From contig CM075988.1 in NCBI GenBank assembly GCA_038087875.1, positions 11,224,001 to 11,288,000 on the forward strand: a stretch of 64,000 nucleotides of DNA, given 5' to 3'. This document shows, one piece after another, positions 1 to 12,321 of the stretch. Source of the stretch: Malacoraja senta. Its lineage: Eukaryota. The position numbers and the translations under genes are program-made. Below the pieces are notes generated by a model. It saw nothing but the letters and a program-made list of their open reading frames with translations. It had not been told where the DNA came from and made no database searches. Each line of letters begins with the position of its first letter. Position 1 is the first letter of the stretch.

Positions 1-394
1 CCTATAAAAAATATCCATGAATGGAATTACTGAACCGATAGTTACTGAAAGGCTGCAGCCTACTTCAATACTATTGCTTCTCAAGTGTGTTGGGGTACTC
101 TTGATCTTTAACAAAATATAATAACTTCCCCTTCAGGGCAAATAAAATAATGATGTAATGGCAAAAGCATGTCCCAGTTGCCACAACAGCAGAAATATAA
201 GAGCAGGAACTGCTTGAGCAGGTCTAGTGAGGTAATCTTGTACGCGCTGACACTCTCATTTAACGTCATCAGCGGATGGTTATTTATTCTATGAAATCAT
301 ATTTCGAGGCCTGCTACCGTGAATAGGATTGCTCACTTAAATCTGTTGGCTTTGCACTCTTGGTTTCTGGCTAGCTTGTCTCATACCAAAGCAC

Positions 395-1608
395 TGAGGT
401 CTGACTGTGGGTGCTGTCTGTACGGAGTTTGTACGTTCTCCCTGAGTCCGTGTGGGCTTTCTCTGGCTGCTCCAGTTTCCTGCCACGCTCCAAAGAAGTA
501 CAGGTTTGCAGGTTTATTGGCCTCAGTAAGATTGTGAATTGTCCTTAGTGTGTAGCGTAGTGTTGGTGTATAATAATAATAATAATAATACATTTTATTT
601 GTGGGCGCCTTTCAAGAGTCTCAAGGACACCTTACAGAATTTAACAAGTAAAAAACATATAATCGGAGTAAAATAAATTATAAAGACATCACCAATACAC
701 AAATTAAAGACAGAATTCGATCCAAAGACAAAAAAATCAGAAACACAATGTGAAGAGAGAGCAGCGGCAGCTAAACCGCGCCAGCGTACACTCTCCCTTC
801 CGACAGCCATCTTGGACACAGACTAAATAGTCACTTACACACAAAAATCACCCCCCCACAATGGTTACCACTGTGGGGGAAGGCACAATGTCCAGTCCCC
901 ATCCCCAGTTCTCCCAAAGTCAGGCCTATTGAGGCCTCCGCTATTGCCTCTACGGAGGCCCGATGTTCCTGGCCGTTCACGCCGGGTGCTGTTGCCCCGG
1001 CGTCGGGAGAGTCCTCTCAGCGACTGGGCCACCTGGAACGGCCGCATTCCTTACCGGAGACCGCGGCTTCCGAAGCCGACAAGGCTGCGCCGGTTTGGAG
1101 CTCCCAGGCTCCCGATGTTGAAGTCGGCGCCGCCCGCTCCTCTTCGCAGACCCGCAACCCGGAGGTGTTGAACTCGGCGGTCACAGCTCACTGGAGCTCC
1201 AGCGCGTCGATCCAGCGCGGCGACCCAGGCAAGGCATCGCCCGCTCCGCTCCGCGATAGCGCTCCAGCGCTGTGCCGCCACCGAAGCCAAGGTGCTGGGC
1301 GGTCCCCGCCAGGAAACGGCGCTCCAGGCCCGCTGGTAGGCCACGAGGACGGGTCGACGGGGCAGCCCGGAGAAAAAGCTGCCTCACCGACCAGGTAGGG
1401 ACCTAGAAATATAGTTACCCCCTTCGCCCTACATTAAAAAGTCGATTTCTCCCACAAACAAAACACAGGACTCACTAGAACTACAAAAAAAAAGTGAATT
1501 AAACGGACGGCTGCTGTTTAGCAGCCGTTCCCCAAGATGGCTGGTCGGGATGGACTTGGTGGGCCAAACAGCCTTTTTCCAGAAGAGACTGTGTCTCTAA
1601 AGTCTAAA
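395..1608 (+). mobile_element. HE1-like SINE split into ~395-570 and ~1536-1608 by a nested insertion
   Basis: SINE body (GGTGCTGTCTGTACGGAGTTTGTACGTTCTCCC...) stops at GTGTA and resumes as CTGGTCGG...GTGGGCC...TCTCTAAAGTCTAAAC. Confidence 0.8.
571..1535 (-). mobile_element. GC-rich non-autonomous composite retroposon with L2-type 3' tail
   Basis: 571-640 closely matches the 3' end of the L2 LINE at 6494-6556 ((TAA)n-CATTTTATTT.TGGGCGCCTTTCA...CAAGGACACCTTACAGA). It has a CpG-rich body, a hairpin core at 846-888 and a 9-bp-stem terminal hairpin at 1507-1528. Confidence 0.75.
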
Positions 1609-1659
1609 CATAACATAAGAAATGTTATGTGATAAGAGTAACATTTTGGAGGACCAAGA

Positions 1660-2012
1660 ACCAAGAGGCTGCATATAGAGCATTGCATTCAGTTCTGGGC
1701 ACAATGTTATAGGGAAGAAATTGTAAAGTTGGAAATGGTACAGAGAACACTTACCAGGATGTTGCTAGAGGTGTACAAAATTATGAGAGGAATAGATCTT
1801 GAGGGGCAACATTTTAATTCAGAGGGTGGTGGGTGGATGGCACGAGCTGCCATGGGAGGAAGTTGAGGCTGGTACATTTGAACGGGTACCAGGATAGGAA
1901 AGATTTAGAGGGATAGGGCCAAATGCAGACAGGCCGAACTACTCTAGATGGGACATGTTGGTTGGCATGGGTAAGTTGGGCCAAAGGGACGGCGTCCATG
2001 CTGTATGACTCT
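1660..2012 (+). mobile_element. Degraded CR1 (HER1-type) LINE 3' fragment
   Basis: CAGTTCTGG...CAGAG..TTACCAGGATGTTGC and 3' UTR GGGCCAAAGGG...CCATGCTGTATGACTCT. Confidence 0.65.
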
Positions 2013-3384
2013 ACATAGATTAGTCTTCAGCCATTCGGCCCCTTATGGTCATTCTGCTACTCAGTAGGATCATGGCTGATCTTTTAATTCACTGTCAGAC
2101 TCATGCACTAACCCATATTCTGTTAGATGTCACAAGGTTGGATTTTGTGGCCTTGATTTATTTACATTGGAAAGTATCGATGTGTAAATACACATGGCAT
2201 CCATTCACTGGTGAATTTGATACTAACGTCTCTACCGTGTGAAATATTGTTCATTAGGAGCTGTGTAAGTTGCAGCTTTCTTATTGGATTTGTATTCTCT
2301 GCCATAGGACTGGGGGCCATAAATTTAAATTTGTTCAGATGTGCAGAAATAATAATTCTCAGAAACAGAGTATCAAAACCTAAGCCACCACTACTGGCAC
2401 AACGCTCCCAGCATTCACTCTGTGTACAATAACTTGAATGGCATTTGTGTAGTTATAATATTTTTCACTGTTCATAGCCCTCATTTGTAAGTTTTATTGT
2501 CATTTTTGATTCTGGGATTTGTGGCTATCAAAGAACGTAATATGTTTTCATCATTGGAAATCAAAGAAGTGAATCGGAATGAAAGCACTTTGTAAATATC
2601 ACATTAGGAAATGAACTGTAACAGAGGTTCAATTATACACTGTACTTACTGTGTGTCTCTACAAGTGTCGACTATACATTTCTGCAATAAATCCTTCCAG
2701 TGCAATCAATTGAAAATGTGACACAAGGCTTTATTCCAGTGACAAGCTATAGATCCGGCTTTGATTGTCCAAATAGGTCTATTATAGTTTTGTAAAATCA
2801 AATTCAAATCGCTCCCTCAAGTACACTTCCAGACCCGAGCGCCACCAGCAAGCCTTTGATTTATGCTGAGCTATAAATCAATAAGGAGCTACAGTAATGG
2901 AAATACAGAAGGGCTTAACTCCCTGACTGTCCAGAATTGCTCTTGGACTTGACTAAAGTGAAGGATGATAGGAGAATGGCGCAAGCAATTATTTTACGAT
3001 TGGAGCAGTGGACAAGTGTAAGAAATGTAAATGTGAGTTTCCAGCGTTTTTTCTGAATTGCAATATCTTTTCCTACCATTATGTGCTCCTTCTCGGAGTA
3101 TGTGTATGATGCAATTCCCTACCTTCTGCACTTTCAACAGAAGCGGACGAGTGCAAAGTGTTCAATTTTCCTCTGAGAAGCATCACCTTCAACAAATCAG
3201 TCGGCCAAATTTAGTCTGTCTTCATGCAGAGTGCAAATTAATTAGCAGTGTCTTCAGCCCTGATAAAGACTGAAGGCGTTCTTCGCCATATCCTGTCACG
3301 CTAAATGGGATAGATTGAGAAGAGATACAGCAATCAAAACCAGGTAATCTTGCAACCTCCGACTTAAGAGTTGGAAATAGAATT

Positions 3385-3670
3385 TCAGTTTAGTTTTTAG
3401 TTTAGAGATACAGCGTGGAAACAGGCCCTTTGGCCCACTGAGTCTGCACCAGTGATCCCCGCACACTAACACTATCCGACGCACACTAGGGACAATTTTA
3501 CCAAAGCCAATTAGCCTACAAACCTGTAGGTCTTTAGAATGTGGGAGGAAACTGGAGCTCCAGGAGAAAACCCACTCAGGTCACAGGGAGAACGTACAGT
3601 TTCCATAGAGACAGGATCGAACCCAGGTCTTTGGCGCTGTAACGCAGCAACTGTACCACTGCACCACCAT
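3385..3670 (-). mobile_element. HE1-like tRNA-derived SINE
   Basis: On the minus strand: tRNA-like head (GGTGGTGCAGTGGTA...GGGTTCGATCC), conserved body and (CTAAA)n tail. Confidence 0.85.
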
Positions 3671-4267
3671 GACACACCGTAAAGTGTAAGAATTTTATGC
3701 AATAATAATTTCCATCTGAGGTACTGCATGTGCCCTTACCATCTAGGTGGTGATCCTAAATTAGTTCAGTAGGGAATTAGTTCAGTAGGGAATGTTTGAT
3801 TGAATGAAAGATAAAGCATGAGATTAAGCCCTTCAGCCCATCAAGCCTATGGCAACCAGAAGAAACCCACGCGGGCACAGGGAGAATGTGCAAACTCCAC
3901 ACAGACAGGGTCAGGGTCAAACCCGGGTCTCTGTCCCTGTAAGGCAGCAGGATTACCTGGTTCACCACTGTGCTGCCCTTAATTGTTCAAAATATATATC
4001 AGGACAGCAGGATGTGTAGAACAAACGGCTGCAGTTCTTAGACTCTGAGAGGAAAGGATGGTGGAACTGAAGGAGAGGCGGTGGTAGGTGGAGAGGGGGG
4101 GGAGGAAAAGATCCAGTGATGGGGAGAGTGTATAGGGAGGGGAGAAAAATGTATCGAGGAGATAGGGTCTTGGGGGGGAGTGGGTGTGGTGGGAAGAAGG
4201 CGTTGTGAGGGAGGACTAGAATAGATAGGAGGAAAGAGAAAGGGACAGTTGGGGTGCGTGTTATTTG

Positions 4268-4885
4268 GGCGTAGATTGGGCAGTCGTTTCACTGAACACT
4301 TTCGCTCAGTCTGCCTGGACCTATTTGATCTCCCAGTTGCTAAACCCTTCCCATTCCCACACTGACCTTTCTGTCATGGGCCGCCTCCATTGTCAGAGTG
4401 AGGCTAAATGCAAATTGGAGGAACAGCATCTCATATTTCACTCGGTCAGTTTACAACCCAGTGGTATGATATATTGATTTCCCTAACTTCAAGCAACCCC
4501 TGCATTCCCATCCCTTCCCCTCCCGAGTCGCACCAGCTTCTTGTTCTCACCTAGCCCACGTCTAACGGTGGCCTGTTTCCTTTATCATCATTACTTTTTT
4601 GCATATCCATCATTCATTTGCATATCCATCATCCCCACCCCCTATCAGTCTGAAGAAGGGTTTCGGCCCGAAACGTTACCTATTTCCTTTGCTCCATAGA
4701 TGCTGCTGCACCCGCTGAGTTTCTCCAGCATTTTTGTGTACCATTCATTTATTCTATATCTCTCTACATCACCATCTATATCTCTCAGTTTGAAGAAGGG
4801 TCTTGATCCAAAACATCACCCATTCCTTCTCTCCAGAGATGCTGCCTGTCCCGCTGAGTTACCCCAGCATTTTGTGGCTATGTTC
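4268..4885 (+). mobile_element. Penelope-like element 3' remnant (GIY-YIG C-terminus, 3' UTR, hammerhead-bearing repeats)
   Basis: Frameshifted translation RLGSRFTEHFRSV...LPVA...HSHTDLSVMG.LHCQSEAKCKLEEQHLIF...LQPSGM..DF.NFK resembles the PLE endonuclease C-terminus. Hammerhead-like cores follow at 4650 and ~4790. Confidence 0.8.
4647..4680 (+). ncRNA. Minimal type I hammerhead ribozyme motif (PLE-associated)
   Basis: CTGAAGA-A-GGGT TTCG GCCC-GAAAC-GTT: CUGAnGA box, stem II, GAAA box, palindromic ACGT stem III, NUH triplet. Confidence 0.65.
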
Positions 4886-5109
4886 GGTGGGCCGAAGGCT
4901 TTAGTTCCACACAATTTCTAAACAAATCTAAGATGCTCTCTGTATCGCTGTTTTGCTCCAGCGCGTTTTGTCTACCCCTCTGACACTGCCTGATTTCCTC
5001 AGTTCCTCCAGTTGCTCCTTTTAAAATATTTTACAAGAGTTTAAATATTTGTGTCCATTGCGCAGAACGTCAAAAAAAAAGGGGATAAACACAATTATTA
5101 GAAAGCTTG

Positions 5110-5300
5110 TGTAAGAAGGAACTGCGGATGACGGTTTAAACCAAAGATAAACACAAAAGGCTGGAGTAACTCAATGGGTCAGGCAGCATCTCCGGAGAAA
5201 ATGAATGAATAGGTGACATTTTGGGTCGAGACCCTTCTTCAGACTGAGAGACAGGGGAAAGGGAAACGAGAGATATAGACGGTGATAGAGCGGGATAAAT
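5110..5300 (-). mobile_element. PLE terminal-repeat fragment with decayed hammerhead motif
   Basis: Reverse complement reads CAGTCTGAAGAAGGGTCTCGACCCAAAATGTCACC...GATGCTGCCTGACCC..TGAGTTACTCCAGC. Confidence 0.7.
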
Positions 5301-5742
5301 GAATGAAAGCTTACTTTGCTCATTGGAGCTATTCCCGGACAAAATGCCATGTTGTCATACAGATTGTTAACACAAATAGTTTGTTTCAGTGCAGTACTGA
5401 AGGAATATTGTATTGTCAAACTGTTATATTTAAGTCAAGAGATTAAACCATCTTGAGAGTTATTTGTAACTTCCCACAGTCAATAGATCTGTCAAAACCA
5501 GACAATAAACTGTTTTATGTAACTTAACTAGAGCTGTTTGAGCAATTTGACTACTGACACGTTACAAGCGATTACGCTTCAATTCGAGAGCTATGAATTG
5601 AACCCAAGGATATCCTGAATTTTTAAAAGGAGCAATATACAAATGTTTTACTCTTTCCAAGGCTGAATATTCAATGATAATACGTCAACAAATGAGAAAG
5701 TATTTAATAGAGCACAGAGAATCTAAAATGTTTGAGGCATTT

Positions 5743-5995
5743 TAGAAACATAGAAACATCAAAACATGGAAAATAGATGCAGGATTAGGCCATTCGGCCC
5801 TTCCAGCCAGCACTGCCATTCAATATGATCACGGTTGATCATTCAAAACCAGTATCCCATTCCTGCTTTCTCCCCATATCCCTTGATTCCGTTAGCCCTC
5901 AGTGCTATACCTAACTTTCTCTTGAAAACATCCAGTGAATTCGTCCCCAGTGCCTTCTGTGGCAGAGAATTCCACAGATCCACAACTCTGGGTGA
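5743..5995 (-). mobile_element. CR1 LINE 3' fragment
   Basis: Reverse complement has GTGGAATTCTCTGCC (WNSLP), the CR1 3' UTR and a (TTCTATGT)n tail. Confidence 0.8.
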
Positions 5996-6094
5996 AAAGC
6001 TTAGATTGCTTTATTGCTTATTTAGAATGCGTTATTGTTAACTGAATTACCTTTACAACACCTTAATAATATAAATCTTAATTACCTTTACCAC

Positions 6095-7160
6095 CTTGAT
6101 GCCTCGGTTAGATGGTAGTAGCTACAGGGAGAGGTTGGACAGACTTGGATTGTTTGCTCTAGAAGACTGCAGGTTGCGGGGAAACCTCATAGAATTTTTT
6201 TAAATTATGAAAGCATAGATATGGCAGACAGTAAGAACCTTTTGCCAAGGATGTACAATCTAATTCTAGAGGGCATCAGCTTTAAGGTAAGTGGGGCAAA
6301 GTTTACAGGATGTTATTTTTACATAGAGGGTGAGTGCCTGGAGCACATTGCCAGGGGTGGTGGTTGAAGCAGATACAATAATGGCATTTAAGAGACTTGT
6401 GGATGGGCAAGTGGATATGTAGGGAACGGTGGGATATATATGATGTGCAGGCAGATAAGAGTTGTTGGCATTAGGATCAGCACAAACATGGTAATAATAA
6501 TAATAATGCATTTTATTTATGGGCGCCTTTCAGAACACTCAAGGACACCTTACAGATAAAACAAGCAAATTACAAATATATAAATCAAATGAAACAAAAA
6601 CAACATATCCATGAATTTGATAGAAAGTGGAGTTACGTGGGATAGGCCAGTCTGAATAGGTGAGTTTTGAGGGAGGTATTAAAGGTGGGGAGAGGCTCTA
6701 TGGTACGGATGGATAGTGGGAGAGAGTTCCAGAGGCAACGGGCAGAACGGCTGAAGGCTCCAAACCCCATCGTGGACAGGCGGGCAGATGGAGTGGAGAG
6801 CAGGGAGGAAGAAGAGGATCGGAGAGTTCGGGATGGAGTGTAAGGGTGAAGGAGTTCAGAGAGGTATGGAGGAGCGAGATTGAGGAGGGCTTTGAAATTG
6901 AGGAGGAGAATCTTAAAATCAATGCGGTATTGGACAGGGAGCCAGTGCAGTTATTTGAGGATGGGAGTGATGTGTTCAGTGGATGGGGCTCTGGTGATAA
7001 TACAGGCAGCTGAGTTGTGGACCAATTGGAGTTTATGGATGGACTTGTGGGGTAAACCAGAGAGGAGAGAGTTACAATAATCAATACGGGAGGTGACGAG
7101 GGCAGTGCTGAATGGTAGGCTGAAGGGCCTGTTCTTGTGCTGTACTGTTCTATGTCCTAA
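6095..7160 (+). mobile_element. CR1 (HER1-type) 3' fragment interrupted by an L2 insertion
   Basis: AGCTACAGGGAGAGGTTGGACAGACTTGGATTG... runs to 6493; the tail resumes at 7112 (GGCTGAAGGGCCTGTTCTTGTGCTGTACTGTTCTATGT). Confidence 0.7.
6494..7111 (-). mobile_element. L2-clade LINE, 5'-truncated
   Basis: Minus-strand translation [17 protein letters not shown]...LQLVHNSAA...HITPILK*LHWLPVQYRIDFKILLL..KAL...APPYLSELL is the typical L2 ORF2 C-terminus. (TTA)n tail; ATGGTA repeated at 6488-6493 and 7112-7117. Confidence 0.9.
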
Positions 7161-7279
7161 TTACAAGTATATAATGTACTCTGAAACAGAAGTTTGTAGT
7201 TATAAAATAATTACTGAAAGGTAACCAGAGGTGATCTTGGACATTATTCTACATGTCCAACAAGGAGACTTACTGTTTA

Positions 7280-7556
7280 AGAAAGAACTGCAGTTGCAGG
7301 AAAAATTGAAGGTGGACATCAAAATGCAGGAGAAACTCAGCGGGGGAGGCAGCATTTATGGAGGGAAGGAATTGGCAATGTTTCGAGTCGAGACCCTTCT
7401 TTCGACTGATGTCGGGGGAGGGGCGGGGGTCAACGGGTAAATGAAAGGAGGTAGGCGGAGACAGTAGGACTTGTGGGAGAACTGGGAAGGGTTGGGGAAG
7501 GAGGGAGAAAGCAAGGGCTATCTAAAATTAGAGAAGTCAATGTTCGTACCGCTGGT
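7280..7556 (-). mobile_element. Penelope-like 3' end fragment
   Basis: Reverse complement encodes ..SGTNIDFSNFR* (same C-terminus as 4268-4490), followed by a degenerate hammerhead repeat. Confidence 0.7.
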
Positions 7557-8091
7557 GACTGGTCTTGAACAGCCTAATGAATAATATTAACTGAAATAAT
7601 AGTACACTCAGGAAAATGTGGCAATAACAAAAATAGCAAAAAATATGGGGAGAAGGCAGGAAAATGGGATTGAGAGGGAAAAATAGATCAGCCATGATTG
7701 AACAGTGGAGTTGACTTGATAGGCCAAATGGCCTAATTCTGCTCCTATGACTTTCATGACATATATATTTGTGATCCTTAATGATTTGCTGGTGAACAGT
7801 CTTCTCGAGCAACTTGCTGTCTGCTTCGAAGGTACTTGCACTGCTCTGCCAGGTAACAGGTTTCAGGGCTTTGACCCAGCACCAATGAAGAAACTGAAAT
7901 ATATTTCTGATAAGCAATTTTGGCAGGTTGTCATAGCTTGTGTAAAGTCCTAGAAATTGTCACGGAACAATATTTGTGGAGAACCTATAATGCATGCCAT
8001 ATAACTTGAAATGTTCCCAAACATCAGTTGTTCTTCCCTTTGTGGCTGAGGGTGCAGGTTTAGGAACAGTTGTCAAAAAACCTTTTAAGGT

Positions 8092-8292
8092 TGTACACAA
8101 AGAGCTGGAGTAACTCACTGAGTCAGGCAGCATCTCGGGAGAACACGGATTGGTGATATTTCAGGTCATGACCCTTCTTCAGACCCGACACGAAACATTG
8201 CCTAACTGTGTTCGCGAGAGATTCTGCCTGACCCGCTGAGTTACTCCAGTACTTTGTGTCCCTTTTTGTAATGCAGCGTCTGCAGTTCCTTG
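8092..8292. mobile_element. Fold-back pair of PLE terminal repeats
   Basis: A minus copy (CTGGAGTAACTCA...CCCTTCTTCAGAC) is joined to a plus copy (CGAAAC...CTGAGTTACTCCAG). Confidence 0.7.
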
Positions 8293-8594
8293 TTTCTAAA
8301 CCTTATAAAATTGTCGCACTGGTTCTTGCAGGTGGCATACACTGTGAATGGAGGGAGTGACTTAGCGAGGGGACGAATAGGGCTGTTTTGGTTTATGTTG
8401 CACAGAAGTGTTATTGAAGATGCCCTTGTCCAAGTGCTGGGGGGGATCTCCATCATACCCCTGACTCTAGCTTCACTGCTCTGCAGTGGGAAAAGGATGA
8501 AGAGCACCACAGAATATCCTGTTGTAATCTATTTCAACCGCACTATTTTATATGTGATTCATTTAAAGATATGGTCAATTGTAAAGATCGAAAG

Positions 8595-8960
8595 ACATCG
8601 GAACAGAATTAAGCCATCCGGCAGTCTTCTCTGCCATTCAATCATGGCTGATATATTTTTCTCTCTCAACCCTATCCTGCCTTCTCCCCATAACATTTAA
8701 CACCCTTACTAATCAACAACCTATCAATCTTTGCTTTTAAAATCCCCAATGACTTGGCCTCCAATGAATTCCACAGATTCACCACCATCTGGTTAAAGAA
8801 ATTTTTCGTCATCTACATTCAAAAGGTATGTCCATTTATTCAGAGGCTGTACCCTCTGGTTCTGGACTCTCCCACTACTGGAAACATCCTCTCCACATCC
8901 AGTGTATCTAGATCCTCCATTATTCGGTAGATTTAAGTGAGATATCCCCTCATCCTGCTC
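8595..8960 (-). mobile_element. CR1 LINE 3' fragment
   Basis: Reverse complement has GGATGTTTCCAGTAGTGGGAGAGTCCAGAACCAGAGGG...GGTGGTGAATCTGTGGAATTC. Confidence 0.75.
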
Positions 8961-10236
8961 CCATTGTCCCCTCTGAATGTTTCAGATGGGCAATTCAAAT
9001 ATGATAATAGCAATGCCACCAAAGTTTAAGGAGTGATGATTGGACTTCCTTGTTGTAAATAGTCATTGGTTGTTATCCGTGTGGTGTGAATGTTATTTGC
9101 CGCATACAGCTCATGTTGAACTGCTGACCAGCACTTGCTGCTCATGGTCACGGACTGATCATTAGCTGGGGAATAATGGCTGGAACTAAACACTGCAATT
9201 ATCACAAAATTCCTCCACTTCTGACCTGATGACTTCTTAATAAAGCAGTTGGAAATAATTTGACCTCAGACTGCCCTAAGGGACTTCTGCAATGTGTGCT
9301 GGTGCAGAGATAATTGGCTTAAAACAACCACAAGCATCACCCTTTATGTGTAGTGATGACTTTAACTGGTCAAGCCCACTGATTCTCCTTAGTGTTACTG
9401 AGCTACTTTGAAGCTGCTCGATCAATGCTCCCTTCATAAAACTAATGGTCACTCACACCACCACCCTGGAATTCAGCTGTTGTCCACCTCTGCATGAAGC
9501 CTAATAGGATTTTGATTGAAACCAAGGTAGCAATTCAAAAGACTCTCGGAAACAACCATCAGGCTATTGAACACTACAAACTCAACTAAACTATGAACCA
9601 CATTGGTTGCACTCGCAGCTTCTTGCTTTGTTTTGCTTTGCATTGCATTGCTATTTATTGAACATTGTTTTCCATTGTTTGGATATTATATCATCTATGG
9701 AGTACTGTGCTTACGAACTTGTTGTGCTGCTGCTAGTAAGAAGTTAATTGTAGAAATAAAGAACTGCAGATGCTGGTTAATACGCAAAAGGACACAAAGT
9801 GCTGGAGTAACTCAGCAGATCAGCATCTCTGGAAACCTTGGATAAATGATGTCACCTATCCATGTTCTCCAAAAAAATTAAATGTTCTGTTTTGGTGCAT
9901 ACGACAATACAACACCCTTAACCATTTAAAAATATATCGGTAGCAGCTTCATTAGTTCATATTCTTGATTAAATTATGGAACTTTCATCATCAGTTGCGT
10001 ATGCTGGATGGACCATTTCTGCTCCGGAGTCAAAAGTTTAGGGTTCAGATTTTATTTCAGGGACTTGAACAGACTAGAATGCAGTATTGAGGGACTTTCT
10101 GCAGGGTTAAAAGAAATTCACTTTAATTTTTCAGTTTGACATAAAACGTCTCATAGTACTTTTTCGAGAAAGATCATGTCAGATAGCCATAGGACCTCAA
10201 AGAGGATTACTTGTGACCTACATAACCTATGACCCT

Positions 10237-10545
10237 GGGGGCGGCAGCGGTAGAGTTGCTGCCTTACAGCATCAGAGACCCGGGTTTGATCCTGACTACG
10301 TGTGTGGTCTGTATGGGATTTGGATGTGCTCCCCATGACCACGTGGGTTTTCTCTGGGTGCTCCGGTGTCCTCCCACACTCCTAAGACATAGAGGTTTAT
10401 AGGTTTTAATTGGCTTTGGTAAAATTGTAAATTGTCCCTAGTGTGTTGGATTGTGTTAGTGTACGGGGTGTTCACTGGTTGGCGCGGACTCAGTGAGCTG
10501 AAGGGCCTGTTTCCGCGCTATATCTCTAAAGTCTAAAGTAAAGTG
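10237..10545 (+). mobile_element. HE1-like SINE, near full length
   Basis: GCAGCGGTAGAGTTGCTGCCTTACAGC...CCGGGTTTGATCC head and GAAGGGCCTGTTTCCGCGCT.TATCTCTAAAGTCTAAAG tail. Confidence 0.85.
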
Positions 10546-12321
10546 TACAGATCAGAAACATGCCATCCTTTTTTTTCCCCCATGATTCGAAATTCCAAGA
10601 TGTTACGTATTTGACATTGTATGGACTACATATTGAAGCCTTTTTAAAACTCGTATAAATTATGCCTACTACATTACCATTGCCTGCTCATTGAAAAAAA
10701 AAAACATTAGGTTCACTTAATGAAAAGCTACTGATTTGAAATCCATGCAGACTGCACATTATCATTTTTCATTCTTAAATATATATATTTTTCTATTCTA
10801 TCCTATAGAAGGGATTTGAACATTTTCTTCACGTGACGTTAAACCACAAGTCTATGATTCCCTGAGAATGTTCTATCCTACTTAAAAATAGATATTATGT
10901 TAACAATCTGTCATTTTTCCAGCATTGCACATTTTTCAAACAAATTATTAAAGATATACTGTGTTATTTCTTCCCTGAATTCATTTAGGATTGTGCATAG
11001 ATACAATCACTCTAGATCAGAAGGTTTATCCACTTTGAGAGAGATTAGTTTATTTAATTTTTTTTTTTTCCATTTTAAATGCACTTAACTCATTACTCAT
11101 CTCATCATCCAAGATCATGTCCACCTATTCTGGTAAATAGCAATATAATGGTTTAATAAATCTGCCATCTTCCTCTTGTTATCTGTGTTATTGCCCTGCC
11201 CATTTCTCAATAAAACTATTATCAAACCAGACATTTTATTGTTTGGTCTGCAAAATGTTTTTCTTTAACTTCATGCTTTGTGTTCCAAATGATGTTTCTT
11301 TTTTTTTTTCTGACTTTCCCCTCATTCCTGGTCGAGACCATATATAGGCCAAGTATATTTTTGGTCAAGAATCATTACTGTGCCATGTGGAACCCCTCAA
11401 GTATGATGTCATGTCATTAATCCTGCACTGTGTTGTTTCATAGTTTGATGTGGAACTTGCCAAACTTGGTTTAACACTCGGAAAGAAAGCCACAGCAAGA
11501 AAATGCTGCCCTGACACTTTAAGCTAACTATAATTTAATAAGGTACTTAATAAAATGAATCACTTAATAAATGCACAAGCATGAATTTCTCACCAGCTAC
11601 TGAAGAGGCAGAGGTTTTCTCTGGCACTCATGTTAATATGAACCACAAACTAATTTCCATTACCTTGGAGAGAGAAATACCCAGACAACTCGGGATAATT
11701 GATCTCTTTTGTTTTAAAATAAAATAGTTTCTATTATAGATAGACACAAAAAGCTGGAGTAACTCAGCCGGACAGGCAGCATCTCTGGAGAGAACCAATG
11801 GGTGACATTTCAGGTCGAGACCATGTTCCTTCCGACGCAGTTTCAATAATAGTTTCATTATATCATTACAACATTATAGTAGAATAGTTTCATCCATGAG
11901 TTCAGAGTAGCATCTTGCAACTAAGATTTGTTTTGTGTGCAATCTTTTCTGTAACCCATTCATAAGAAGAAAGTCTCCTTTGCATCTTAGAGTTTCTGTA
12001 GGACAATCTTGCATGTTTGTTTTCAAACTACTGATCTAAATTAGAACATCTGTTGCAAGTACAACGTTTTAGACGATAATTCCTCATAATGGCGTGAATG
12101 TTTAATTCATAGAAAGTTGAGAAAGGAGATAGGAAATAGTCTTCCTAGGTAGTAGGACATTTGCACAGATAAAAAGGAATCTATAATCAAAGAGTGGTTG
12201 ATAATGAAAGAAAAATTGGAAGACTGAAATTAAAATTGCAAAGGCACAACAAGCAACATCTGTGGAAAGAGAAATTGAGTTAACATTTCAAGTGCAAGTC
12301 TCTGATAATGCTTGATGCTTT

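Noticed and set aside
865..1398. Overlapping Arg/Pro/Ala-rich ORFs, possible CpG-island gene start
   Set aside because: They lie within a GC-rich retroposon nested in a SINE; scarce stop codons explain the ORFs.
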